Below the pieces are notes generated by a model, which was given only the letters and a program-made list of their open reading frames with translations, did no database searches and had not been told where the DNA came from. Shown piece by piece: positions 1 to 9,838 of a DNA stretch of 44,972 nucleotides. Numbering within the stretch: position 1 is the first letter of the stretch; every line of letters starts with the position of its first letter. The translations under genes and the position numbers were made by a program. Source of the DNA: Roseovarius sp. (GTDB lineage: Bacteria > Pseudomonadota > Alphaproteobacteria > Rhodobacterales > Rhodobacteraceae); contig JALQUE010000184.1 of NCBI GenBank assembly GCA_023260815.1, forward strand, positions 1 to 44,972. Reading direction: 5' to 3'.

Positions 1-56
1 ATAGAACACCTCCTGGTTCCTCAGTTGGTGCTCTCCACTTTTCCAGGGCAAGTCCA
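1..56 (-). mobile_element. Left end (IRL) of an IS3-family element running off the window edge
   Basis: Minus strand from 56 reads TGGACTTGCCCTGGAAAAGTGGAGAG (5'-TG IS3-type terminus), then a GGAGG RBS and 'AT' at the window edge (probable orfA start). It interrupts the upstream ORF. Confidence 0.7.
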
Positions 57-319
57 CGTCTTTGATCAGATTGTTTTGAGCGGTACGCGGTGATCAAGGT
101 GTCGCCCTCGACGACAAGCTTGATCCCGCGCAGCTTCTCAAGCTGTTGAATTTCTTGCTTTCGGCGAAGGATCTCCCTGTCCACATCACTATTCGTGAGG
201 AGATACGCATCCGGCGAAACCTGGGTCGCAGAGTTGAGGAGCAAGTCCACATCGCGCGGTCGGACCCCCCGCTGGTTCAGTCGCCTTTCGGCGTGACGCG
301 TTCTGCAGAAATCAAGCAT
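57..319 (-). pseudogene. DUF4258-like small protein, 3' end interrupted by the IS3 element (absent from ORF track)
   Basis: ATG at 319 overlaps the end of the XRE gene. Translates MLDFCRTRHAERRLNQRGVRPRDVDLLL...KLVVEGDTLITAYR, with the T-x-HA-x-x-R-x-x-QRG start and terminal 'ITAY' typical of DUF4258-like proteins. No stop before the IS end. Confidence 0.65.
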
Positions 320-1283
320 TTTTGCCTCCGCCAGAGGGAAGTTTGAGATCAGGTGCCTGGCTGAAGAGCTCAGCCATCTGTTGTTCTCTCTCGCGCCGAA
401 GTCCTGCAGGGTATTTCGACTCTAACCAGGCCGCTCGTTCGTTCAGCTGCTCAGGCGCGCTGAGATCTTTTGGGATGTCACGGATGCGAGCGTAGCCGTG
501 CTGAAGAGCAAGGCGAGCCCACTCGTTGTCTCCGCAGATTTCCTGGACTTCCTCGTGCAAGACACAAGCCGCTTCGGGCAGGCCGTCTTCAAGTATGCGG
601 GGCACATCATCCAAGCTGTCTTTGATGTTCAAATCGAGTGATTTTGCCATCGCCCAGAGGAAGTCTACGAACGGGTTTCCTTCGTCTGGATCGAACGGCC
701 AGACAGCATAGCCGTGTTTCTCTGCCGATTTCTGAATTTGTTGACCAAAGAGGTCTCGTGCCGCGATGGATTCCTTCTCGTCGTAGTACGCATTGTCGAA
801 ATCGCGGCGCGCTACCTCACCATGCTGCAAGTGAGGGGGAAGGCTTGCTGAGTATTCCTCAAATGCGTTCGACAGTTCTTCGAGCTTCTGACCCCGATCG
901 CGCAAGCTCATCTCAGCAAGAAGAGCAGCAAACAGGGGCGCCATGTCGAGCTGCCTCTTGGCCGAAATTCCATATTTCTGCTCGACTAGCGCAAGTGAAA
1001 GTGCAGTGTCGCCGTGCAGAAATGTGTTGATTTTTCTGTATCCCCAGCTGCGCAGAAGCGCTTCGTTTACGCTTTCTTCGCCTGGGTCGGCCGCCAGTTT
1101 TTCCGCCGTAGTCCCGAGTGCCTTGGCCAGGCGCTCCACAGTTACCAGCCGGATTTTCTCCGGATCGGCTTCGCCGTTCTCTATCCGGCTAATGGTCTTG
1201 CGGGACACACCTGCCTTTTCCGCAAGGGCCTCTTGGGACAGATCGCCACGCAGCTTCTTGAGTGTCTCAGATTTGATGGGCAT
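312..1283 (-). CDS. XRE-family helix-turn-helix protein with large uncharacterised C-terminal domain
   Basis: N-terminal LKKLRGDLSQEALAEKAGVSRKTISRIENG Cro/C1 HTH. GGAGA RBS before ATG at 1283 (323 aa). Confidence 0.85.
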   Translation of the reverse strand: MPIKSETLKKLRGDLSQEALAEKAGVSRKTISRIENGEADPEKIRLVTVERLAKALGTTAEKLAADPGEESVNEALLRSWGYRKINTFLHGDTALSLALVEQKYGISAKRQLDMAPLFAALLAEMSLRDRGQKLEELSNAFEEYSASLPPHLQHGEVARRDFDNAYYDEKESIAARDLFGQQIQKSAEKHGYAVWPFDPDEGNPFVDFLWAMAKSLDLNIKDSLDDVPRILEDGLPEAACVLHEEVQEICGDNEWARLALQHGYARIRDIPKDLSAPEQLNERAAWLESKYPAGLRREREQQMAELFSQAPDLKLPSGGGKNA

Positions 1284-1974
1284 TTGGTTCTCCAAAACTT
1301 CTGAACTCAATATATGACTCACAATTGGTGAGTAATAGAGAAACTTTGGCGTAATTTACTCGGAAATACTGATACTTTCTTGGGGTTGAAGCCCTGGAAT
1401 GTCCCAAAAGGTTGCACTTCAGCATGTGCCAGGCACGTTCTAAAGGTCGCGCTACGGCGGCGCTTCCCAAAATGAGACTTTTGGTGACGCCGCAGTGTCA
1501 GGCGGCTCAAAGTGGGCGGCCAACGCCACGTGAGCGCAGTTAGTAGGGGATTAGTAGGGAATGTACGTCAAACGTTCTGTGGCTTGGTCCGACAACGTCT
1601 AAGATCGCTGCTCAAAATAGTGATTTAATTATAAGAAGTTATGCGACTTCAGACAGCTTCGTCCGGTTATGTCCAACATATGGACGGCAAAATTCGTAAT
1701 GAGTGGGTTCTCTTCGTTGATTTTGTTGTTAAGGCGCCGGGCGGCAGTTAGACCGATATTGCAATCTGTCGATCGGTACGAGCTTGTTCAACGCGCCCTC
1801 CCACAACAAAATTCCACAAACAAATCAAATGCTTATATCCCTAGTAAAACACTGGGGATTTTGGCATCTAGTTTCTGGTCAACACCTGGTCAACATTTTT
1901 CGAGGCCCCCCAAGACAAGAAAAGATGATCGCGCCGCCAAACCTGGTCACTCGTTGCAACAGTTTTCTATTTAT

Positions 1975-2514
1975 TCAACCAAGCAATAACGTGGCATCGG
2001 CCACCTCGTACTGGCGCGGTTTGCCTGATCGCAGGATCGGTACCACAACAGCCACATTGACGAGAGCAATCCCAACCGGCATTAGCATCGGCCCAATCTG
2101 GCCGCCAGCAATCAGGCTCCAGGCAGAAAAAAGCAAAATTGCTCCGGACGCGAGCACCCCAATCCAGGAGGCAATCCACTGTGTTCGGCTTGGCCCAGAC
2201 ACAAGCGCTGTTTCCGGTGACGAGTGTGCAACGCGCTTGAGGAGCGATTTCACGAAATCATCGATCACGCCGTTGGAACCGGGTGTGGCCATCAATCTGA
2301 GAGTCATCGTATTTCCATCCGATGTTTGGACCCCGAGCACAGCACGACCCGCTCCACGTCGGTGAAAGCGGATTTCTGACAGTATATCGTAGCTGATCCG
2401 TGTCACGTCAGCACCACGCGCAATCTCAAGTTCATCTTCCGCAATCCGGCAAACGACGGGGCGATTGAAGAACCCGATACCGGCGGGGATCTCATGGTTT
2501 TGCTTGTCCGTCAT
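1975..2514 (-). CDS. Hypothetical membrane protein (soluble beta-rich N-domain plus two C-terminal TM helices)
   Basis: 179-aa ORF, GAGG RBS, hydrophobic segments WIASWIGVLASGAILLFSAWSLI and MLMPVGIALVNVAVVVPIL. Confidence 0.7.
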   Translation of the reverse strand: MTDKQNHEIPAGIGFFNRPVVCRIAEDELEIARGADVTRISYDILSEIRFHRRGAGRAVLGVQTSDGNTMTLRLMATPGSNGVIDDFVKSLLKRVAHSSPETALVSGPSRTQWIASWIGVLASGAILLFSAWSLIAGGQIGPMLMPVGIALVNVAVVVPILRSGKPRQYEVADATLLLG

Positions 2515-2674
2515 CAGATAAGCCTCTCATCATTTTTTAATACCTTGTAATTGGATCGACGCCGCAAACCAAGGCTATCCCCAGCATGCTTGCTCTTGCG
2601 TGTGTTATCGGCTTGCCCAATCTCTTGACCTTTTCCGCAGCTGCCGGAGAATGGTGCGAAAAAGGACAAATTTG

Positions 2675-3238
2675 ATGACGTACAAAAACACGCGTTCACA
2701 AAAGTGGAACAATACCAAGGTTGTGCCCCTCGCCGTGACCGTCCTGGCTTTTAACATTGCGATAGCGGGACCCGCGCAGGCCGAGCCGGTTTTCGCGCCG
2801 GATGCGACAGAAGCCTGCGTAAGCGAGGTATATGCGACCTCACCGGGGCTTTCGGGACATGCTGTCTTGGACTGCGTCGGTCGTGCAGCTGCGGCCTGTA
2901 TGATGACACTAGGCGGCGACACGACCATTGGGATGATGGAGTGCCTCGATGGTGAGCGCGACTACTGGGATGCACGACTTAATACGGCCTATGCGGAACG
3001 CATGAATATAGCCAAAGAACAAGATGCCGAAATGCGCGAACTCGGCTCGGCTGCCGCGTCGATTGAAGAGAGACTTCTGGCCATGCAGCGGGCATGGATC
3101 TCGTTCCGCGATGCCTTTTGCCTTTACGAACAGGCGCAATGGATGGGCGGCACGGGCGGAGGACCGGCTACTGAGGCATGCCATATGCACGAGACGGCAC
3201 GGCAAGCTCTCAAACTGGAAGGCTGGTGGGGGCAATGA
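2675..3238 (+). CDS. Lysozyme inhibitor LprI family (DUF1311) secreted protein
   Basis: Signal peptide ending AQA; CLDGERDYWDARLNTAY...LLAMQRAWISFRDAFC...GGTGGG...C pattern. Confidence 0.85.
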   Translation: MTYKNTRSQKWNNTKVVPLAVTVLAFNIAIAGPAQAEPVFAPDATEACVSEVYATSPGLSGHAVLDCVGRAAAACMMTLGGDTTIGMMECLDGERDYWDARLNTAYAERMNIAKEQDAEMRELGSAAASIEERLLAMQRAWISFRDAFCLYEQAQWMGGTGGGPATEACHMHETARQALKLEGWWGQ

Positions 3239-3840
3239 TCCGTGCAGCGATAGCGGCAGCAGTTTTCGCCGCCACCTCGGCGGTCATGGCACAGGCCAAT
3301 GGCAGCTACAGGCCGGACATGCCTGATTGGCAAACCGATGCGGCAAACTGCTCTTGGCACTGGCGCGAGGGCGGCGGCATCGGGCTCTGGGCAGAAACCT
3401 GTCGCTTCAACGACAGGACATGGCAAGTTATGTGGGATGAGGGCGAGGCCGCCTTCGTAACCCGAGCCGACGACAGCGACATGGGCATTGCGGTGAAGGC
3501 ATTTGCCTTGCCCCGGGGTTCAAACATCAGTGACCTCAGTCAGACGCTGATCGAGGCAGGCGCGCTGGATGCGAATGCCGTTTGCATCTGGGACGCAATC
3601 GCGCTGCGTCCCGCACCGCGCACGATGGCTTTCTACGTTCTTGCACCGGCAGACCGGACCTTACTCAGCCCTACGGTATCAGGAGACATCCCTGAACCCG
3701 CCTGCGGGCCTTATGGCGTCTCAACCCACGGCGTTCGTTATTTCCTAATGGATCTACGCTGGCCCGATCTTGCGATCTTCATCGATGAGGGCCAGGAACG
3801 TCCGCTCTTCGCCCCTGCGAGTATTACCCCGCGTCCCTGA
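3235..3840 (+). CDS. Hypothetical secreted protein
   Basis: ATGA overlap with the LprI stop; signal peptide MIRAAIAAAVFAATSAVMA; four Cys. Confidence 0.75.
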   Translation: MIRAAIAAAVFAATSAVMAQANGSYRPDMPDWQTDAANCSWHWREGGGIGLWAETCRFNDRTWQVMWDEGEAAFVTRADDSDMGIAVKAFALPRGSNISDLSQTLIEAGALDANAVCIWDAIALRPAPRTMAFYVLAPADRTLLSPTVSGDIPEPACGPYGVSTHGVRYFLMDLRWPDLAIFIDEGQERPLFAPASITPRP

Positions 3841-3853
3841 GAGCCGCGCCCGC

Positions 3854-4447
3854 TCAGTGCGCTAATTCGAGGATGTCGAACTCTGACTCGACCAACGGGG
3901 CGGGGAATTCCAGCCGCATACGCCCGTCATCCAATCGTGAGAGAAGCGCCAACTGATTGCGTGAAGGGTCATTGCCAAACCAGATCGGGTCTTCATAGGC
4001 ATAATGCATCGCCCCGAGATAGAGCAGCTGCTCTCGTGGCAGATTATAGAGGCGCCCCATGCTACGCTGGGAGCCATCAATCTTCTGGATCACCCATCCC
4101 GCACCGTCATCAAAGATGCGGCAAGAAAACCAGCCATACACGGTCAGCGCCGGGTCTCCACCAAGCTTGAGGTAACGGCAGCGCCAATCGCCACTCGGAT
4201 CATAGCCATCGTCGAATGACAGAACTTCGCCAGCCAGAACCTGTCGAAGCAACTCAGTTGAAACTTCGTCAGAAACTTCCATTGCAGCAGCGATTGCTGC
4301 CTCGCGGCGCACGTCAAACGCCTCGAGGACCCGAGTGTCATCTTCCGACATCAGGCCAACAATTGCTCCATCCGCAAGTGCGGGCATTGCCGAACCAAAG
4401 ATTGCGAGCGTAAACGATACAGCGCCGGACAAGACCAATTTCTTCAT
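3854..4447 (-). CDS. DUF4893 domain secreted protein
   Basis: Signal peptide MKKLVLSG...PALA; GDWRCRYLKLGG...YGWFSCRI...KIDGSQR...LYLG motif. Confidence 0.75.
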   Translation of the reverse strand: MKKLVLSGAVSFTLAIFGSAMPALADGAIVGLMSEDDTRVLEAFDVRREAAIAAAMEVSDEVSTELLRQVLAGEVLSFDDGYDPSGDWRCRYLKLGGDPALTVYGWFSCRIFDDGAGWVIQKIDGSQRSMGRLYNLPREQLLYLGAMHYAYEDPIWFGNDPSRNQLALLSRLDDGRMRLEFPAPLVESEFDILELAH

Positions 4448-4781
4448 GTACTCGCGTACTCCATCTCTTTCCTCCAGTTCAAGGTGCCGCTTGACCGCCC
4501 CCGACACAAGAGCAGTCGGAGGAAATTCTGGCCAGTCCGTGTCCACAAGGTAAACTGAGAAGACGGCAAGACAGATCGGCAAACGGAGAACGGCGCACAA
4601 CTCTCTAGCAGCGCACTATCTCGAGCCGCCAATCAGCCACTCCGAGGGCGGTCGAAGTAGGGGAAGGCGTATGTATTGCAAGTCACCGGCCAACAGACCG
4701 GTTAATGCGCCAAGGCTTGACGATCCATCTGTTGAAACCTTAGCCATGTCCGCATAGACTACTTAGTCATACCGGAGGCGA

Positions 4782-5036
4782 ATGATGACCCACAAAACCA
4801 CCCTGAGCTTTACCGACCGACACCATCGTTTCTTGACTGAGAAAGTCGGTGAGGGCGTGTTTGCCTCACAAAGTGCGGCCGTTGCCGCAGCGCTTGAGCA
4901 GATGATCCGTGATGAAGAGGAGCGGGCTATCTTGCTTGACGGTATGGCCAACGAAATTCGGGCGCGGATGCAAACTGCGCGCGACGAATACGTTGATTCT
5001 GCGCCTGCTTTTGCGGCTGCGCGTCAAGCCATCTGA
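4782..5036 (+). CDS. Ribbon-helix-helix ParD-like antitoxin
   Basis: GGAGG RBS; KTTLSFTD...FLTEKVGEGVFASQSAAVAAAL RHH pattern; directly upstream of a ParE-like gene. Confidence 0.8.
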   Translation: MMTHKTTLSFTDRHHRFLTEKVGEGVFASQSAAVAAALEQMIRDEEERAILLDGMANEIRARMQTARDEYVDSAPAFAAARQAI

Positions 5037-5050
5037 GCGTTGCATGGCAG

Positions 5051-5368
5051 ATGAAGTACCGTATCCGGTTCCACCCGGCTATCGAGGACGACCTGAAATC
5101 GATTGCGGAAATGATCGTCAGTTGCGCGGGGCCGCAAGCTGCAGAGCGTCGCTTGGCTGAGATTGAGGAAGTCGTATTGAGCCTCGCGGACACCCCGCAC
5201 AAGGGCAGCATCCGAGCGGAGATAGCTTCGGGCCTTCGCGCCATTTCTGCAGGCAGGAAGGCAGTTGTCGCCTTCACGGTCGATGATGCCACGCGAACGG
5301 TTTTCGTACATGTCGTCGGCTACGCTGGTTCCAACTGGGTTCAGCGAACATCATCACGAGGACAATAA
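5051..5368 (+). CDS. Type II toxin, RelE/ParE family
   Basis: YRIRFHPAIEDDLKSIAEMI...LADTPHKGSIRAEIASGLR...VVAFTV...VHVVGYAG pattern; 105 aa. Confidence 0.85.
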   Translation: MKYRIRFHPAIEDDLKSIAEMIVSCAGPQAAERRLAEIEEVVLSLADTPHKGSIRAEIASGLRAISAGRKAVVAFTVDDATRTVFVHVVGYAGSNWVQRTSSRGQ

Positions 5369-6497
5369 CTGCGGCTCGGCGTCCCGCACATAAATGGGCC
5401 TTCAAGTCGGGCATGCGTGCCGGTGCTTACAGCTGGCGCTCCTCGGCAAAGGCTATCGACAGGCTAAAGTCCGCCTGCGCCGAAATCCGGGCGGTGGCCC
5501 GCTCGGAACCTGTGATCGCCGCCGAGGGCGTCATTGCGCTGGCCCAGCGTATTTGGCCCGTTTTTGAGCATATTGACACATCCTCTGGGGCGCTCGGCAC
5601 AGCGGTCCGGAGGATGCTTGATGAGCTTTTGCCAATCTTGATTGATGCACCGGCCGATGAGAACACTCGGGCAAAATGGCTGGAGCTTCTGCGTGAGGCG
5701 ATCATCGATGACGGCGTTGATAACCTCGCACCGATTGCGGATTGATGTGGTGAAATCGCGGCTTTCCCGGCTTTGATCAACCTGCATGCTGACCGTGATC
5801 TCGATCTCATCTAGGCCGCATGGTCCGATCACTTACGTTACGCGCATGTTCCTACAGCGACCTTGACGCTGTCGTGCCTGCTCGAGGCAGGGCGTTTCGC
5901 TGAGCTTCTCGATTTGCTGGCGATCAAGAAGACCCACCTGTGGTTTGACGAAAAATTCGGCGCTGACGCCTTGTTGCGTCAAGGGGGTGAGGATGAAGCC
6001 TTGGCCTACGCGGCGGCACTTTTTGCCGATGACCGCCAGCCTTAGGGGCGTCGAGACATTGCACGCTTTTGTGAAAAGATCCTGGTCCGTCAAGGCCGTG
6101 AGGAGGATGCCTATCGTCGATTTGGTCTACCCACGGCCTCGGGTAATACCTATATCGCCATTTGGCGTGATCTCGTGAAGCGCTACCCCGACCTTGACGC
6201 CCGGATGATCCTTGAGGATTTGATCGCTGCTCACGGTTCAAAAGGAAAATGGTTTGCCGCGGCAAAGACGGCGAGGTTCCTGGATATCGCGCTGGATTGC
6301 GCGGCTTAACATGATGCGGCACCGGCAACCTTGATCCGCGCGGCCTGGGACCTGAAGCTCAAGGAGCCCGATTTTGCCGCCCAGGTTGCCGTATGCGCGG
6401 TCCGGCATCTCGTTCAAGGCCGCGGTTATGAACCGTCGCCGTTGGACATTGATGAAGCTGTCGAGCACTTGAGGGTTGCCTCGGGGCGCATTGGCGC
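5365..6497 (+). pseudogene. Degraded conserved hypothetical (helical) protein, third gene of the TA operon
   Basis: One continuous frame (AARRPAHKWAFKSGMRAGAYSWRSS...IDTSSGALG...GKWFAAAK...) with ATA at the expected start (5365) and in-frame stops at 5743, 5812, 6043 and 6307. Cut at 6498 by an IS end. Confidence 0.8.
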
Positions 6498-6547
6498 TGA
6501 CCTGCCCCCCGAGGCTCCCTTGTTGATGACGAGAGTCTACGGGTCTG
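6498..6547 (+). mobile_element. Isolated IS3-family terminal remnant
   Basis: TGACCTGCCCCCCGAGGCTCCCT...GAGAGTC resembles IS3-family left ends; begins where the pseudogene homology appears to stop. Confidence 0.45.
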
Positions 6548-7482
6548 TGCAGTGCTCCCCAACTTTGGACCGCCGGAAGCTGGGTTTTTCCGGGTCTTTC
6601 ACGATGACGGGCTGGTGACGCCATCGGGATAATGCATGGCAACCGGGACGTTGTAGCCGATCGCGCTGTGGGGTCTGTCCTCGTTGTAGTGCCTACGCCA
6701 ATCCTCCAACTTTTCTCGGGCATCCGCAAGGCTCATGAACCAATGTGCGTTCAGGCATTCCGCGCGGAGCTTGCTGTTGAAGGCCTCGATGAAGCCATTG
6801 TCTGTGGGCTTTCCTGGCCGCGAGAAGTCCAGCGTGACGTCGTTGGCATAGGCCCAGAGATCGAGATCGCGAGAGATAAATTCGCTGCCGTTGTCAACTC
6901 TGATCGTCTTCGGGTAACCTATTTTACCGCAGACCCGTTCGAGCGTTTGAACGACATCTTCACCTCGATAGCTGAACCGCGGATCGACCGCCGGACAGAG
7001 GCGGGAATGTGTGTCGACAATGGTGAGGATGCGCAGCTTCTTGCCTAGGGCGAGCTGGTCGTGCACGAAATCCATTGCCCAGACATCGTTTGGCCCGACC
7101 GCTTCCTGACGGTCTTCCCGCAGCTTTGTCTTCACCCGTCGTTTCGGGTGCTTGTTCCTCAGCTGCCGGCCCAACTCATTGTAAATCCGGCGGGTCTTCT
7201 TCATGTTGATCATCCATCCTTCCCGTCGCAGCAACACGTGAACACGCCTGTAGCCATAGCGCACCCGTGTCTCAGCGATCTCCTTGATCCGCCTCTCGAC
7301 GGCAGCCTGGTCTGTTCGCCGGGACTTGTAGTGGTAGGTTGAGGTGTCGAAGCAGATGGCTTCACAGGCCCGCCGGATCGATACGCCCCAGTCGACGCAC
7401 ATCCCGGTAACAATCTCGCGCAAACGGCCAGGCTTCAGAGCTTTCGCCGAATGACGTCCTGAAGCATTTCCCGATCCAGCGT
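6548..7482 (-). mobile_element. 5'-truncated IS3-family (IS407-like) element
   Basis: Right IR TGCAGTGCTCCCCAACTTTGGAC at 6548; intact-looking orfB; only the last codons of orfA (TLDREMLQDVIRRKL*, stop 7435-7437) remain; no left IR. Confidence 0.9.
6599..7423 (-). CDS. IS3-family transposase OrfB (DDE/rve integrase core)
   Basis: RYGYRR, WAMDFVHD, RVDNGSEF, PGKPTDNGFIEAFN, YNEDRPHSAIG motifs. Confidence 0.92.
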   Translation of the reverse strand: MREIVTGMCVDWGVSIRRACEAICFDTSTYHYKSRRTDQAAVERRIKEIAETRVRYGYRRVHVLLRREGWMINMKKTRRIYNELGRQLRNKHPKRRVKTKLREDRQEAVGPNDVWAMDFVHDQLALGKKLRILTIVDTHSRLCPAVDPRFSYRGEDVVQTLERVCGKIGYPKTIRVDNGSEFISRDLDLWAYANDVTLDFSRPGKPTDNGFIEAFNSKLRAECLNAHWFMSLADAREKLEDWRRHYNEDRPHSAIGYNVPVAMHYPDGVTSPSS

Positions 7483-7581
7483 CCGGGCAGACCGATCACA
7501 GGATAAACTCCGGCGGGAGAGCCGCAAGTGGTCCTTTTTTGGTGAATGAAAGCACATCTAGCTACGAAATCCGGTTGGTGA

Positions 7582-9780
7582 TCAAAAGGGCTCGGCACCC
7601 AACGGCTGTAAACCACTGTCTCGCAGCATCTCATACAGCAATGCTTCAATGTCATTATGATCAGCAAGGGCTGCGCGCTCAAGCACTCGGGAAACCGTAG
7701 GTGGCGCCCATTGACCGGTCACTCGCTTTATCGGTTGGTCAAGATAGTCGAAGAAACGACGTTGGATTTCATCCGCAAGGAACGCACCGAAACTCGCCCC
7801 GCGCGTGGCCTGCTCGATGACAGCGACGCGCCCGGTCTTGCGCACAGACTGCCCAATCAGATCATAATCGATATCGCGCTGCGCGAGGCTGCGCAGATCG
7901 ATGACGTCCGCGCTGATGCCTGATTGCTGCACCACATCGCAGCAAAGCCCCACCATGCCAAGCGAGGTGAGCAGGGTAAGATCGTCACCCGCCAGCACCC
8001 GTTTCGCCTTACCTATCGGTATGTGATAGTCCAAAAATCTAGGCACCGGACACTTTTGCTTGTGCAGAGCCTGTGGCTCGATGATCAAAACCGGATCGTT
8101 GCAGCGCAGTGCCGAATTCATCAATCCCACGTAATCGAAAGCGTTGGATGGCGCCAGAATATGCCAGCCAGGGAACAATGCGAAAACGCTCGTGGGGTCC
8201 ATCGAATGCTGGGAGCCATACCCCTCCAGTCCTGGCAGGCGACATCGCAGGACCAGTGGCACTTGCGCGGTGCCATTGAATAGATGGCGGATCTTGCCCG
8301 CCTGATTGAACAGCTGATCCGCCGCGACCAGAAAGAAGTCGCTATACATCAATTCGATGATGGGCCGCATCCCGGACATTGCGGCTCCGACGGCCAAGCC
8401 GCAAAAACCGTTCTCGGTGATCGGGGTGTTGATGATCTGCGTGCCGAAGAACCGCGACAGACCGCGCGTCGCGCCTACCGTGCCCCCGCCCATATTCGCC
8501 ACGTCCTCGCCAAAAAGCACCACATCCCTGTTGCGCGCCATCGCCGCGCCCATGGTTGCTGGAATCGCCTCGATGAACGACATCTCGCGCATGTCATCTG
8601 GCGCGAAATCCTCAGCCTCGGCGGCGTGCAGGCCGTCGAACTCGCGCATGTCGGACACAAGATGGTCGTCCACCGTTGTGGGTGCCGGCCAAAGCTTCGC
8701 AGGGATGCGAATTGACGATCCCATGCCTTCGGTGCAGCTTTCGGCCGCGAACCCCACCGCTTCGGACACTGCGGCATCTATAGTGTCCAACTCGTCTTGC
8801 CCCACGATACTATGCGCGAGCAGGCGCTCGCACAGGTATTCCCATGGCGACCGCGCCTGCCATGCCTCTTCCTCCTCTTTCGTGCGATAGCCGAAGGCAC
8901 TGCCTCGTATAGGTGAAGACTGGTGATAATAGCGATAGACATCGGCCTGGATGAAAGCCGGGCGGCCTTTGGTGCGAATGTGATCCTCGGCCCATTTGGT
9001 TGCCAACCATACCGCCAGAGGGTCCATCCCATCCACATGCAGGCTTTCGATGCCATGCGCACAGGGACGCGTATTCAGGTTGGTCTCATATGTGGATTGC
9101 GCGACCGTGGTGGAGACGGCGTAGCCATTGTTTTCGCAAAAGAACAACACCGGCAAATGATAAAGCGACGCCAGGTGCATGGCCTCGTGGGTGGTTCCCT
9201 GATGCAGCGCCCCGTCTCCGAAGAACGACACGGTCAGGCGCTCGCCGCCGCGGCTTTTCTCGGCAAAGGCGTGGCCGCAGGCAATGGGCAGACCACCGGC
9301 CACGATGGCGTTCGTGCCCATGACGCCAAGCGGCTCGCGCCGCAAATGCATGGAGCCGCCCCGCCCACCGGTCCACCCATCGGCCAGTCCCAGTATCTCG
9401 TGCATCATTCGGCGGATTTCCTGCCGCATCTCGTCGCGCAGAAGATCACTGGCCGATGGGTCGTAATTGTCCGTGTAAAGCGCATTGACGACCTTGGCCA
9501 CGACTTGGTGATGCGCCCGGTGCGAGCCGTTCATCATCGTGTCTATAGGCAGCGCTGCAATGCAACCCGCAGCCCCCCCTTCCTGCCCTAGGCTGGAATG
9601 TGCTGGGCCATGCACCAGCCCGCGCTTGTCGAGAAACAGGATCTTTTCCTCAAAGCGCCGGGCCGTGATCACTAGAGTTGCAAGTCTCTTGGCGTCCTTG
9701 GTCTACAGGCGAGCCCAGTCCTCGTTCTCGACCGTCAGGCGCCGCATGCCGGTAACCATGTCGATCGCAGTGTATTTCAT
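7582..9780 (-). pseudogene. Fused TPP-dependent 2-oxoacid/acetoin dehydrogenase E1 alpha+beta; in-frame TAG at 9703-9705 (a 696-aa product is possible from GTG 9672)
   Basis: HGPAHSSLGQEG, GGRGGSMH, FFGDG...ENN TPP motif, beta part FGEDV, NTPITENGF, GSQHS. Frame extends to ATG 9780 (MKYTAIDMVTGMRRLTVENEDWARL*TKDAKRL...). Confidence 0.8.
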
Positions 9781-9838
9781 GCCGGCGCGTCCCGTCCATT
9801 GTCCGCGATGCGCGTGCCGCGGGAACTGCGCCGCCAGG

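Noticed and set aside
1323-1970. Possible ncRNA, replication origin or recombination-site repeats in the long AT-rich spacer
   Set aside because: Only a short TTAGTAGGG duplication and vague similarity to intergenic repeats; no iteron array or convincing structure.
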